Assembly: GCA_964276515.1 (NCBI GenBank)
Contig: OZ193909.1
Span: 21,204,001-21,268,000, forward strand
Source: Gordius albopunctatus
Taxonomy: Eukaryota
Length of the DNA: 64,000 nt
Direction of reading: 5' to 3'
The position numbers were made by a program, and so were the translations under genes. Position 1 is the first letter of the stretch; each line of letters begins with the position of its first letter. This document shows positions 38,415-49,869 of the stretch, piece after piece. The notes under the pieces were generated by a model. That model was given only the letters and a program-made list of their open reading frames with translations. It was not told the DNA's origin and made no database searches.

Positions 38415-41400
38415 ATGCAAAATGATGATATAAAAGTCACCTCGGAACCAGAAGATATTTTTGACGATATTGATGATGTTAACGATGCAAATAGTGAAGC
38501 TAAACCTGTTTTTGAAAACATTAAAGATAAACCACTAACTACTAAATATGGTATTTCTTTTAATTTAAAATTCAAATAATTTATATATATTACCATAACT
38601 TTTTATGTATCTATCTTTTTATTTATATATCTTTTTAATATATAACTATTCTTATAAATAGAACAACTATCTGAGCGAAATGGACAACCTGATTTTAAAA
38701 ATTTGGGCCCGCAAGAAAGGTTCACAATGAGTTTTTTCCATCATTTTCACATATTTTTAAACACTATTAACGTGTCTGTCAACCTTTTCACTATTCAGCA
38801 TTATATTAAAATTCTAGTAATAAATTTTTTTAAAAGTTAAATGTTGCTAAAACACCTAAAGTAATAAATTTACTAAACCCACTATGTTTTAATTTAGTGC
38901 TCATAATGATTCTCTCACTGAGCCTCCCCCTGTCAATAAAGATAGTGATATAGCCAATGCTAATGGTTCAACTGCAACTTATAGTGATGATTCTTCCCTC
39001 GAGGAAGAAGTAGAAGAAAATCTCCAAGATGTTTCAGGAGATAGAATACCTTCTACACCTTTAGGAGATTTATCACAATCCCTAAGTCCAAAATATTTCA
39101 TACAAGTTGTACGTATAAGTGTAAATGAATCAGTCAACGGGTCAGGCTTGGATTCTGGTAGCAGTCCTATAGGCAATATGCCAGCTCACAAAATCTTATA
39201 TACCATTAAGTCTCAAAAGGTAAAAATAAATATGATGACTTTCTGGCAATTATTCGTGTGATTTTTTTTTAGTTTTTACTTAATTTACCATATATTTAAT
39301 GGTAAATTGATATTTGTTGAATGTATATTTTGTCAAAAAGTGATTTAAATTTAGTTATTTCTGTTTTCCAAATTTTTTAAAATTAATATAATATATTTAT
39401 GGTTAAATGTACATTTTATCTTTGCATCAACTTTTTATCTTGATTACCTTAGAATATTAAATTTAAGGTGAAAGTTTAAATGAAAAGAACAAATTTGTGT
39501 TGAGATTTAATTAACAAATCTCATATAGCCAACTTTATTCAAATTCTTGCCTGTAAGGCTTAGCTTTTTAATTTTAAGGGATGATTACAAATATCAAATA
39601 GACCAATTATCTAGAGCTATATTTTGATCTTACTGTAAATACCGTTATAAAATATTATAGTTAAAGCATTGTATTATATCTCTGTTTAAGTCTAACATGT
39701 AGATTCACCATATTTGTGGTAATCTAGTTAGACCCCTTTATGGGCCATTTGAAGCCTGGCTCAAGAGAATTTTGGGCTAAGGTCAGGCTAATGAGAGAGC
39801 CCAAACTTTCAAAAGGATTTTTAAATTGTTTAAAAATTTAGCTTTATAAAGTATAATTATACCTTGAAATCATTATTTGAATAAATTGTAGCAAGAGAAA
39901 TTGAGTTTTTTTAGTTCTAACTTCAAAAACAATAAAATTCATTATATATTTATATTGTAAAATAATTTTCACACCTAAAGTTTGCTTTTGGAATTATTGA
40001 CAAAATGTAATTTTAGAAATGGGGTAGAAAGGAAGTGTTTATAGTGAATAGATTTCACGAAGACGTTGAATGGCTAGACCACTGCTTACTAACCCAAAAC
40101 AAGGCTCTGGGGCTCATAGTGAGTTCCATATTCACATTTTGATTTACATCATATTTTGTTTGGAATTATGAAATGCAAATAATTGACACGTAATTATTCC
40201 AAAAGATTAGGAAAGTTAAATTACTTCATATATGCACGTAGAATTTTTATGCAATTGTTATGAGAAAGATTTTCAAGGTGTGTTGTGCAAGACTGCATAG
40301 ACTGCATAGAGAGGAGACAGCTCGTGTCTTATGTTTTATATGCTTGTTAAATGTGTGCCATTAAATCCAACATCATTTTGAATTTAACTATCTTCCCTGT
40401 CCCCCATTGTTAATACAGCGAAAGGTGAATTTACCCTTCTCATTAGTTAATAAATAAAAATGATTATTTAATAAAATGCAATGGCACTAAAATATTTATC
40501 ACCGATCATCACCCTATTTTTGATATTTATTTTAAATAGCTGTTTTTAATGCTCAAAATCACTATAATCTAAATGAGTCCTTCCCTTATTTGTGCACGGT
40601 TCAAAATGGCGAAAAAAGGGGGTACACTTATTTGAAGTTGATGAGCTCTCTATCTAGTCTATCCTCTTTTCACGAATATCATTGATTATTATTATTTAGG
40701 TATAAAGTAATCCTACTGTAATAAATTCATCATACACATATATATATGCTTTTTTGAAGTCTCAGAGGGACATGGCCTCGTGGTACATTCACTAAAGGAT
40801 CAGGAATATAGATTTTCTATCGAAATAAATTTCAATTTTAGCCCTAGGCCTGCCATGAAATTTTTAAAAGTGTACTTTAAGGTTTAATCTATGTTAACAT
40901 ATATGTAGATACCACCTTTGCCCAATAAACCGATTGAATCTTTTTATCTGGGCCCGGCTGCTGCTAATGAAAATGATTCCGGGCCCGACCTCGAGGACCA
41001 AAGCGGTAGACGATTGGGTTGGTCTTCTCAGATCCCAGCAGACCAGAGCTTGGTTAAGTCGCATTACGACAAATCTATACTTCAACACATCCACCACTCC
41101 TTCAATTACGATTCCTTCAATATCGAACGGTATACATTACAAAAGCTTTATGCTACTAACCTCCAACCTTTGCTCTTCTTTCTTTCATTCAAATTTCGAC
41201 TAAGACAAAAAGAGACCAAGAATCTCGGCCGGCTCTCTTTCAAACAACCTTTACTTTTTCACACTCATTTATGCCACCAATTTTGGCCGTTATATTTACT
41301 GAAAGTTTATTTTATAATAAAGAGTCATGTATCTAGGCAATTAAGACCTCGCTTTATATAGAATATTCCGAGGGGGGGCTTACTAAGAATTAGGGTTATA

Positions 41401-44400
41401 ATAAACAAATTTGTAAACCCATTTTGAGATTTGTGAAGAACCTGAATAATGGCTGCAAGGCAGCTCATTGATGTTGCTTTATTGAATAATTATTGTTTGT
41501 AATTTCGGTATTGTTTTAATAATAGGAGCCTTGAAAAAGCGGCAGGATTTTATTTGGTTGACCTTTCGGTGAAATTTGAAAAAGGAGAGCAGACTTGACT
41601 AAATAATTTGGGGTAAAAATGTGGATCCTTCTGTTTTGTAAAACACCCGAATTTCACTACATTTTTTATCTAACTCCCGCGCCCGCGTGCGTGTGTCTCT
41701 GATGCATCACGTAAATGCAGGAATCCACAATTATTATTGTTATTAAATACACCACCTCTGCTGGGAGGACTATTTGTATTTTTAGATTCATGGTGGGCGT
41801 AACCAGAGATGGGGGGGGGGGAGGGTTTTGCCCCAGACCCCTCTTGACGACGCCTATGTTTAGATCTGTGAAGAGTCAAAGGCGTGCCCTTGCTCTTTAC
41901 CTTTTTATTTGTACGGGGGGATGTCTTAGTCTTTTATATACTTTTCCATAGTAATATATCTCTATTCTTTACCTTTAGCTATCTCACTCTCCTCCTGCAA
42001 CATCCCGTCTTCGGGTCGGACATTACCTTAAAACGCTTCTTAACGGAAAAAAATGTAAATTTTATTTTATTTATTTTATCTAAAACACTAGAAATTATGT
42101 GATTTTCGGCATTAGCTAACGTTAAATCATTTGATTTTTTTTGATAGATTTCTCAAAATTTGCTTTAGCAAAATATTTTATTTGGACTTTTTTTACATCG
42201 CAGGCACCTCCGCACGGCAAATTCAAGAAGGGATTTTTCGACAAGTTGACCTCTGCCGTGAATGACATGAGGAAAGTGAATCAATCGGTACGACACTTGA
42301 CTTTTTAAATTTTATAAATAATCGTAAATCGCGATGATAAATGTCCTGTCTTGTCCAACTTTTATTTAAATTGAAATTTAAAATTTTGGTAAAAATGAAA
42401 AAGAAATTTAAAGTATTATTATAGAAAATAGTTTTTGTTATTGTATCACTTAGGAGTTTGACGAGTTTTTTCAGCACGAACGCTTTTGGAATACGGAATT
42501 CAGCGCTTTGCTTCGAGACTGCCTTCAGGTTCCTTTTTTAAAAACATATTTTAAAATTGAAATAAAAAATATTTGATGTGCAAAAAATATTTTTTTGATA
42601 TATTAGGTGAATGAGCTTGAAAAAATATCTGGAAGTCAGTTAATTTGAGAATCATATTATCCTCAATTGTTACACAGTAGGGCTAGGGTTGATAAAAAAT
42701 AACATAACAATACGATGGGCAAAGAATGAAAAGATTTTTTGGCGTAAATAATGGTTTTGCCATTATTCTGGCGTGGAATCTCGGGTTAAAGACCAGAATT
42801 TTGGTCTAACTTGTAGCATTTGAGTTGTGGGAGACGAGAAAGTTATCGTCATCTTGGTAAGTTGGGGTGCGCAATATTATGGAACTAATTTGAGATTTGG
42901 CAACTTTTTTCGTTTTCGGCTTTTTGACCCTGTTCTACCTCGGTTTTACCTACCGCTTTTTGCACTTCAAATCGCCAGAATCCATTTCAAATTCTGTGAA
43001 ATTCCAATATTTCTAGATTATCTAACATTAAATTTCTTCCTACTCAAAATTATGAAGTCCTTCCACAATATGTCATTTCCAAACTGTCTTAGAACGTAAA
43101 ACTTGACCATTTTGAAGCCCTGAGAACATTTATTTATTTGATTTTTTGGGCGAAATTTTGATTTTATACCGTTTTAATATCGCTTCGCGTTATGGGGATA
43201 AGCTGCAGAATTTTACAGGCGAAATAACTGAGTAGTGTTGTAAAAGGGGGGAGCTTTTTGGGCTGTGGATCAACTAAGACTAACGGGGGACTCAGAGGTG
43301 GACCCGCCCCCAGAAAAAACCTTTGGTCTTTTATGGCAGCTCCGTTTTACAACACTATGTATATGTATATATATATATATATATATAACTAACCGACATG
43401 TATGTTGATTTTTTGTATGTACAGTGCTTCAGCAAAAAAGTGGAAGCCTTGTATCGTAAGTTCCCGCATTGCCCCTTATAATATATATTCAATAAAATTG
43501 ATGTATAATCTTATTGAATAAAAACAATTTCAAAGGTGTAAAAGATTAATTAATTTATTTGTCCTTTGCACATAGAATTAGGCCAAGTGAAGGGACATTT
43601 CTCTACGGCTCTATCCATGGCTCACTGTACTGCACCGCCTGCCATTTATCTTAGCTGGAATCAGTAATAATAAGCCATCTTCTTTTTTTCATTCAAAAAT
43701 TAATAACAACAACAACAATCATCATGATGATGATGATTAGTAAATTGGGAAATTTGAGAAATTTAAATACTATTTTTGTCTCGTGTATGCCCCTAGGACA
43801 CTGCAGAATATGGGGATTCTCTTCGAAAACCTCAAGGTTAGCTCCTTTTGCCTTTAGTTCTATGAGCCTTTAGAGACTACATAGACTGCTCATGGCTTAC
43901 CACCTTTCACCTAGTAAAATGAATGAATCCACTATTTTTATTGTAACTATGTGCCATGTCTTTATCCGCAGAAGGGGGAATTCACCTTCCTCCTCATTAC
44001 TTAATAAGTGTAAATTAGTGTAAATTGATTATTTAATAAAATGTAGATGGCACTAAATTGCCTTAAGATCACGTCGTCACAGCATTTTTATTTTAATGAA
44101 TTGTGAAAATGATATATATATATATTTTAAAATGCTATTCTTAATGTTTAACTACTTCAATATTCTTTATTACCTTCTAAAAGACTGTAAATTAACAAAC
44201 TTACTATATTTGTCAATTTCAAAATGGCGGAAAAAGGGTGCACCTATTTAAAGTTTATGAGCAGTCTTTCTAGTCTATGGCTTAATTTAAGTAATAAAAT
44301 TTTGGTTTTTTTAATATTTGGTTTTCGTTTATCATGTGCAATTACCGTCTTTTTAATACTTTATCTTATATTCGATTAGCAAAAGTACGAAGAATTGCAA

Positions 44401-47400
44401 GCATATTATCAATTAACCCTCGGTTTTGAGCTCGATTTTTATTGTCGATACCTGGAATCACATAAAGTTAATTTATTTTTGTTGATTTGCGAAAAATAAA
44501 TTTTTCTTCGTTTTTTAAACCTTCACTCACTATAAAAACCAGAGGTCAGATTTGTTTAAAAAAATTTCAACCCGAACCCGGTCCGGTCTAATTTTATAAC
44601 TAAGCTGCCCGTCCGAACCCTTCTAAGAGTCCGCCCGGCCATGTCCGAATTATTAGAGCTGCCCCAACTACCTGGCCCTCCCAAATGATGTTTTTTAAAT
44701 TTTTAGAACTATTATTATATCGTTATATTTTGTAAAAAAATTAATTATGATTTCCGATTTGTTTTGGATAAAAACTAGGATAAACAAAAATTATACAATC
44801 AAATAAAAGAGTGTCAGACTAATACACGAAACAGAATAAAACATGATTTGAAAAGTTTTGCGCCCGAATCTTATTAGGTGCCCGTCCGAAAATGTAAATT
44901 TAGGAAAATTGCGGCCGGCCCGGGTCAGACATTTCTGTTCCCTGATAAAAATCTCATTTTTAATTTCTAAAGAACGCTATGTATCAAAAGATCATATAGG
45001 GGAAAAGAAATGAAATTATACATAAAAATGTTTTCGGTGCTTTTTTTGTTTTTTTCCCATTTCCTTCCTTAACTCCTTGTTTAATAAGATTATAACATTT
45101 TTATTAATCAACTTTTTAATTTTTAAACCTAAAATTTGTCTTTTTTATCGTGTTAGGATACACTTAGCAGGCGAAACTGCCTGCTGCTGGAGTACGAAAA
45201 TAGTAATAAAGCCATGGAAAAGGCGAAGCAAAACAAGAAAGAAATTGTAAATTTTTTTACGCAAAAAATAACTTTATCGCCATAATATATGACGATTTTC
45301 GATCTAAATCCTATTTATAATTTTCGACACAGGCACGACAAGTTAAAAGTGCGGCAGCGAAAACGCTGGATGAGTGCTCCGAGGTCGCAAAGATCGAGGT
45401 ACGCACGCACCCTTATACTTTTTGATTAATTATATAATTTTGAAATTCTTTTAAAACTGTATTATGTATCGATGCTAAAAATGAAAATTTAATCGGGTCT
45501 CGGGTCCAATCCTGCTCAGGGATTTAAAGTGTTTATTAATTCCTTTATTGAGTGGGCTATTTAGAGGCGACAAAATATTTTTATGTTAAATGTAAGGTCG
45601 GGTGGAAATTTTAAATAATTTTTTTAAATATACATTTCAAAAAAATTGGGCCGGCCTCGGGTCGAGCTTGAGTGAAAATATATTTCGGGTTGGCCCGGGG
45701 AAAATAAAATCAACAGTGTAGGGTCCGGGCCCAAAAAATTCCATTTTGCGAGCCTCTACTTAAGGATCTCTTATTTTAAAGATGGTAATAGAGGTCTTAC
45801 CCATCATTACAGCAAAGTTTAGTGATTAAAAAGTGAATCATATTTTTAAATTTTTTTTATCGAATTTAGTATTGTTGTAAAAATAGTTGGGTTTTGTAGA
45901 GTCCACCTTTGGTTTTGGTCAACTAAACGTGTTTTTCTCAATCATCGACCGCTAGGCTTAGTCGAAATGTGAAGGGCAGACAAGAGAGTGGAGCGTTGGC
46001 CTTAGTTGACACCACAGCTGGATTAAACACTGCCTTTTTTACGACACTAGAATTTGGCAAGAACACTCATAGTTCAAAGATTAGTGGTGCAAATAATCTA
46101 AAACTTTCAGAATTTTAATAATATCTAAAGTTATTGCATTTTCACCGAATTTCACAAATTGTCTGTTCGCGATAAAGGTGATAATTTTTTAGCTTATTAA
46201 TTGCTATGCAATTTATGGGCTCGTTTTTGGTTGTCCGTCCGTCCGTCCGTCCGTCCACCAAGTTATTTACACCAGCTTCCCGACCTGGAGGTTGCGGGTT
46301 CGAGACCCGGAGAGGACAAATTTTTTTTTTTTTTAAATCAAATTAATATTTTTTTCTTGTTAATACCATTGATAATATGACTTTTTGACCGTCCGCAGGC
46401 TACTGACCAATGAAAAAATGACCACTGGCCAGATAAATCGAAATTTTTAATTTTTCGTTTTTGAATAGTTTAACATTGATAATTACCCTATGCCCTCCCC
46501 TACAAGGGCCTATGGCTCTATTTATATGGTTCCCTGTTCCCCTCCAAAGGCTTATGCCTCTATTTAATGTGGGTTTGAATCCCGGCGAACGTTCTAAATT
46601 GATGGTTCGAGACCCGGAGAGGACAAAAATTTTTATTTTTTTTAAATTAAATTAATATATTGTTCTTGTTAATACCATTGATAATATGAATTTTTGACCG
46701 TCCGCAGGCTACTGACCAATGAAAAAATGACCACTAGCCAGATAAATCGAAATTTTTAATTTTTCGTTTTTGAATAGTTTAACATTGATAATTACCCTAT
46801 GCCCTCCCCTACAAGGGCCTATGGCTCTATTTATATGGTTCCCTGTTCCCCTCCAAAGGCTTATGCCTCTATTTAATGTGGATTCGAATCCCGGAGAGGG
46901 CAAAATTTTTATTTTTTTAATTAATTTAATATTTTCTTCTTGTTAATACCATTGATAATATGACTTTTTGACCGTCCGCTGGCTACTGACCAATGAAAAA
47001 ATGAACATTGGCCAAATAAATCCTAATTTTTCGTTTTTCCTTTTTGAATAAGTTTACATTGATAATTGAAAAAAATTACCATTGGCCAAATAAATCAAAA
47101 TTTTTTGTTCGTTTTTGAATAGGTTAACATTGATAATTACCCTATACTTTTTAATAATTGCTATGCAATTTATCTAGTTTTTGGGTTAGAATCCCGGAGT
47201 TTTTTTTGACTCTTATGATTGTTCTTGTTACTATCAATGATAATAAGACTTTTTGGCCGTCCGCTGGCTGCTGACCAATGAAAAAAAATGACCATTGGCC
47301 AAAATGTGTATCCGAGTTTATTTTTTAGTTTTTTTTGAATATTATGATTGTTCCTGTTCCTACCATTGCTATTATGACTTTTTGGCCGTCCGCTGGCTGC

Positions 47401-47996
47401 TGACCAATGAAAAAAAATGACCATTGGCCAAAATGTGTATCCGAGTTTATTTTTTCGTTTTTTTTGAATATTATGAATTTATATCCACTTTTACCGTGTC
47501 CTGGCTGCTGACCAATGGAAAAAAATGACCAATGGCCAAAATGTGAATCGAAATTATTTTTTCCGTTTTTTTTGACTATTATGATTGTTCCTGTTCCTAC
47601 CATTGCTATTATGACTTTTTGGCCGTCCGCTGGCTGCTGACCAATGGAATAATATAACCATTGGCCAAAATGTGATTCGAAAACTTTTTTTTCGTTTTTT
47701 TTGACTATTATGAATTTATATCCACTTTTACCGTGTCCTGGCTGCTGACCAATGGAAAAAAATGACCTTTGGCCAAAATGTGATTCGAAAATTTTTTTTT
47801 CGTTTTTTTTGACTATTATGATTGTTCCTGTTCCTATTATTTTTTTCGCTCTCTTTAGTTCACCCGTTTTCATAGCGATCAATCTGCTCAGATTTTGAAA
47901 AGCGTTCGTAATTATGCCAATGCAAACTTGCAAAAATCCAAGGATATCTACGACCTCATTGCAGCTGCGCTAGAAGATTTAAACGCCGTCATTTAA
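38415..47996 (+). CDS. Sorting nexin, divergent SNX5/6/32-like PX-BAR protein, ~537 aa, 15 exons
   Basis: Phase-consistent GT-AG exons: 38415-38550, 38662-38719, 38898-39219, 40017-40118, 40909-41129, 41979-42054, 42204-42287, 42454-42528, 43425-43455, 43576-43663, 43797-43836, 44380-44466, 45157-45246, 45333-45398, 47859-47996. PX motifs VNRFHEDVEWL...GLIIPPLP and ERYLTLLLQHPVFG...FL; BAR motifs EFDEFFQHER, TLGFELDFYCRY, RRNCLLLEYENSNKAMEKAK, CSEVAKIEFTRF. The 5' exons are least certain. Confidence 0.88.
40296..40663. mobile_element. P-family MITE in an SNX intron
   Basis: Ends CATAGACTGCATAGA / ATGAGCTCTCTATCTAGTCTATC resemble the 17496 TIR; shares subterminal CAAAATGGCG and internal sequence with 43871-44279. 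Confidence 0.7.
43233..43357. mobile_element. Small MITE with TAGTGTTGTAAAA TIR (relatives at ~45870-46049, ~57433-57588, 61913-62052, 62585-62764)
   Basis: Perfect 13-bp TIR TAGTGTTGTAAAA / TTTTACAACACTA; shared internal AACTAAGACTAA and TTTGGTC motifs among copies. Confidence 0.7.
43871..44279. mobile_element. P-family MITE in an SNX intron
   Basis: AGACTACATAGACTGCTCAT ... ATGAGCAGTCTTTCTAGTCTATG, nearly identical to the TIR of 17496-19186; TSD not preserved. Confidence 0.8.
44540..44944. mobile_element. hAT-type MITE in an SNX intron
   Basis: Imperfect TIRs CAGAGGTCAGATTTGT / ACATTTCTGTTCCCTG; flanks ATAAAAAC / ATAAAAAT (7/8); subterminal ACCCG/GTCCG repeats. Confidence 0.6.
46194..47177 (+). 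mobile_element. Helitron/Helentron (DINE-1/HINE-like) non-autonomous element with ~308-bp internal tandem repeats
   Basis: Palindrome AATTGCTATGCAATT near both ends (46199-46213, 47156-47170); (GTCC)6 at 46233-46256; about 2.7 internal repeats; 3' end TATCTAG|T. Confidence 0.75.
47200..47835. repeat. Satellite-like array of alternating ~127/~111-bp monomers
   Basis: Five copies of TGGCTGCTGACCAATG...ATGACCATTGGCCAAAATGTG; linkers alternate between ATTGTTCCTGTTCCTACC and AATTTATATCCACTTTTACC variants. Confidence 0.9.
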
Positions 47997-48799
47997 CACA
48001 CCTTTTGTTTTGATTTTGATAAAGCTCGCACATTTTTCACAAAATATCGTACTTTAAATAATATTTTACAACATTATGTATAACTTTATATGAAATTCCT
48101 CTCGTTCATATTTAATCTTTAAAACTCAACAACAGAAATGACCAAATTTTTATGATACGCTTCAAATTTACAGTGGAATCGCCGACTAGATTCCGATCTA
48201 ATATTGTATTTTGTTCGAATATTTTTAAATTATACACCTTTTAGTTAAAATTAATAAATCTTTATACATCCATGACAATTTTTGATTGACTTTTATTTTT
48301 TTCTGGCTATATTTTTGTTTTAAGGGGGGTATGGGCTTTGCCTTGAACAAGAGCTCGCGGGTTCGAATCCCGCTTTGGGCCTTTTTTGAAAAAGATGTCA
48401 AATATTTTACATCGTCAATACGGCTTTCAGCATGGGCGCAGCCGAGGGGGGGGCATGGAGGGGCGGCTGCCCCAATCAAAAAATTTATCAAAATTATCAT
48501 TCTGCCCCTCCCTAAATCCATATTGCCCCCCTCTATTCCAATATGACTGTCTGGCCTGGATAGCCGAGCGTCATCCATCATACAAATATTTAAAGAACCT
48601 GACCAGCTTATTGTGACAAACAGGTGTTGGGAATTTTTTGTAGTTTTTGTTTTAATTGCTTTTACTTTTTTAATCACTTGATCCTACATATAATAAATTA
48701 AAAGACTCGATATTATGGTACATAATTAAACTTGGAAAATTGTGTAAATTAGAACTGACGACACCCCCTGTTATAAATAAAAGCTTAAATATTTGTTTA

Positions 48800-49070
48800 A
48801 ATTATCTATTTGAAAAAGAAGAACACTCGTCAACAAATAATGGAGTTATAAAATCAACCTGGAAACTGTTTGAAGATTCTGGTAGAATTTTTACCTACAC
48901 AAATATATATTAGGTTTTCCTCTATAAATCAAGTTTTTGAAATATTTGCTGTGAAAGTTGATAAAAACAGCGATTTTGCCTTTTTCCAAGCGGCAATAAA
49001 TTGTAAAATTTTCTTTTACTAAATTCGATTTATAAATAACGGGAAAAGGAATCCATTACAAAAATTTTTT
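48800..49070. mobile_element. Old Tc1/mariner-type MITE remnant; related inverted copy at ~54040-54336
   Basis: Shares CAAGTTTTTGAAATATTTGCTGT.AAAGTTG.TAAAAACAG and AAAATCAAC..G..AACTGTTTG with the reverse complement of 54180-54325, which ends AACCCTGT. Superfamily assignment is tentative. Confidence 0.5.
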
Positions 49071-49167
49071 TACCCTAGCTCTATTAATTTTTTACATATG
49101 CTCTAAATTAACTTATCTCTTTAATAGATTCTTGAATATATGCCCTCCGTCATACTTTTCACATAAA

Positions 49168-49640
49168 TATTAATTGCTATGCAATTTACGGGCTCGCTTT
49201 TTGTTGTCCGCCCGTACTCCAACGTTCTTACACAGTCTTTCAACTTTCTGACTTGCTGGTTCAATCCCCGGAGAGGACAATTTTTTTTTCTTTAATTAAA
49301 TTAATATTTTGTTCTTGTTAATACCATTGATAATATTACTTTTTGATCGTCCACTGGCTACTGACCAATAAAAAAATGACCATTGGCCAAATTGTGAATC
49401 GAATTTTTTTTCGTTTTTGAATTGGTATATTAAGTTAACATTGATTATTATCCTGTGCCCTCCCCTAGAAGGGCCTATGCCTCTACTGATATGGGTCCCT
49501 GTGCCCCCCCCTCCTACAAAAGCCTATGCCTTTACGGATGTGGGTTCGAATCCCGGTGAGGGCAAATTCTTAATTGCTGGTTCGAATCCCGGAGAGGGCA
49601 AAATTTTTATTTTTTTAAATTAAATTAATACATTTTTCTT
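49168..49640 (+). mobile_element. Second, 3'-truncated copy of the 46194 Helentron-like element
   Basis: Same start TATTAATTGCTATGCAATTTA.GGGCTCG..TTT..TTGTCCG and the same internal repeat with GGTTCGAATCCCGG motifs. Confidence 0.8.
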
Positions 49641-49845
49641 GATGACATCTGCAACCATCAGTCGGCGCATTGTCATGGCATAGTTTTTGGCGCAGAGTTT
49701 GCGGATTAACGCGTCGTTAGGTATATGCCATGATCCCAAGGCTCCTAAGATGATGGGCTCGATTGATACCGTTTTGTAATGTTGAAGGAGTGCTTGGCGA
49801 ACACCGTCGTACTTGTGAATCTTGGTTTGACGGGCAATGAACACA
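49640..49845 (-). mobile_element. Fragment of an RLE-type non-LTR retrotransposon (NeSL/Utopia-like C-terminus)
   Basis: ARQTKIHKY...VSIEPIILGALGSWHIPND...YAMTMRRLMVADVI matches the K..KY / P.I.G.LG.W...N signature of restriction-like endonucleases. Confidence 0.75.
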
Positions 49846-49869
49846 TCGTTTAAATTTTGCGCAAAATAT

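Noticed and set aside
41863..41910. Extra SNX mini-exon
   Set aside because: Direct splicing from 41129 to 41979 already yields the PX motif ERYL..LL.HP; the candidate abuts a MITE end and has weak donors.
47325..47933. 202-aa repetitive minus-strand ORF as a gene
   Set aside because: It is a translation of the satellite array plus the antisense of the last SNX exon.
48330..48385. tRNA gene
   Set aside because: Only a T-arm is present; no D-arm, A-box or acceptor stem. The same applies to the motifs at 46.3-49.6 kb.
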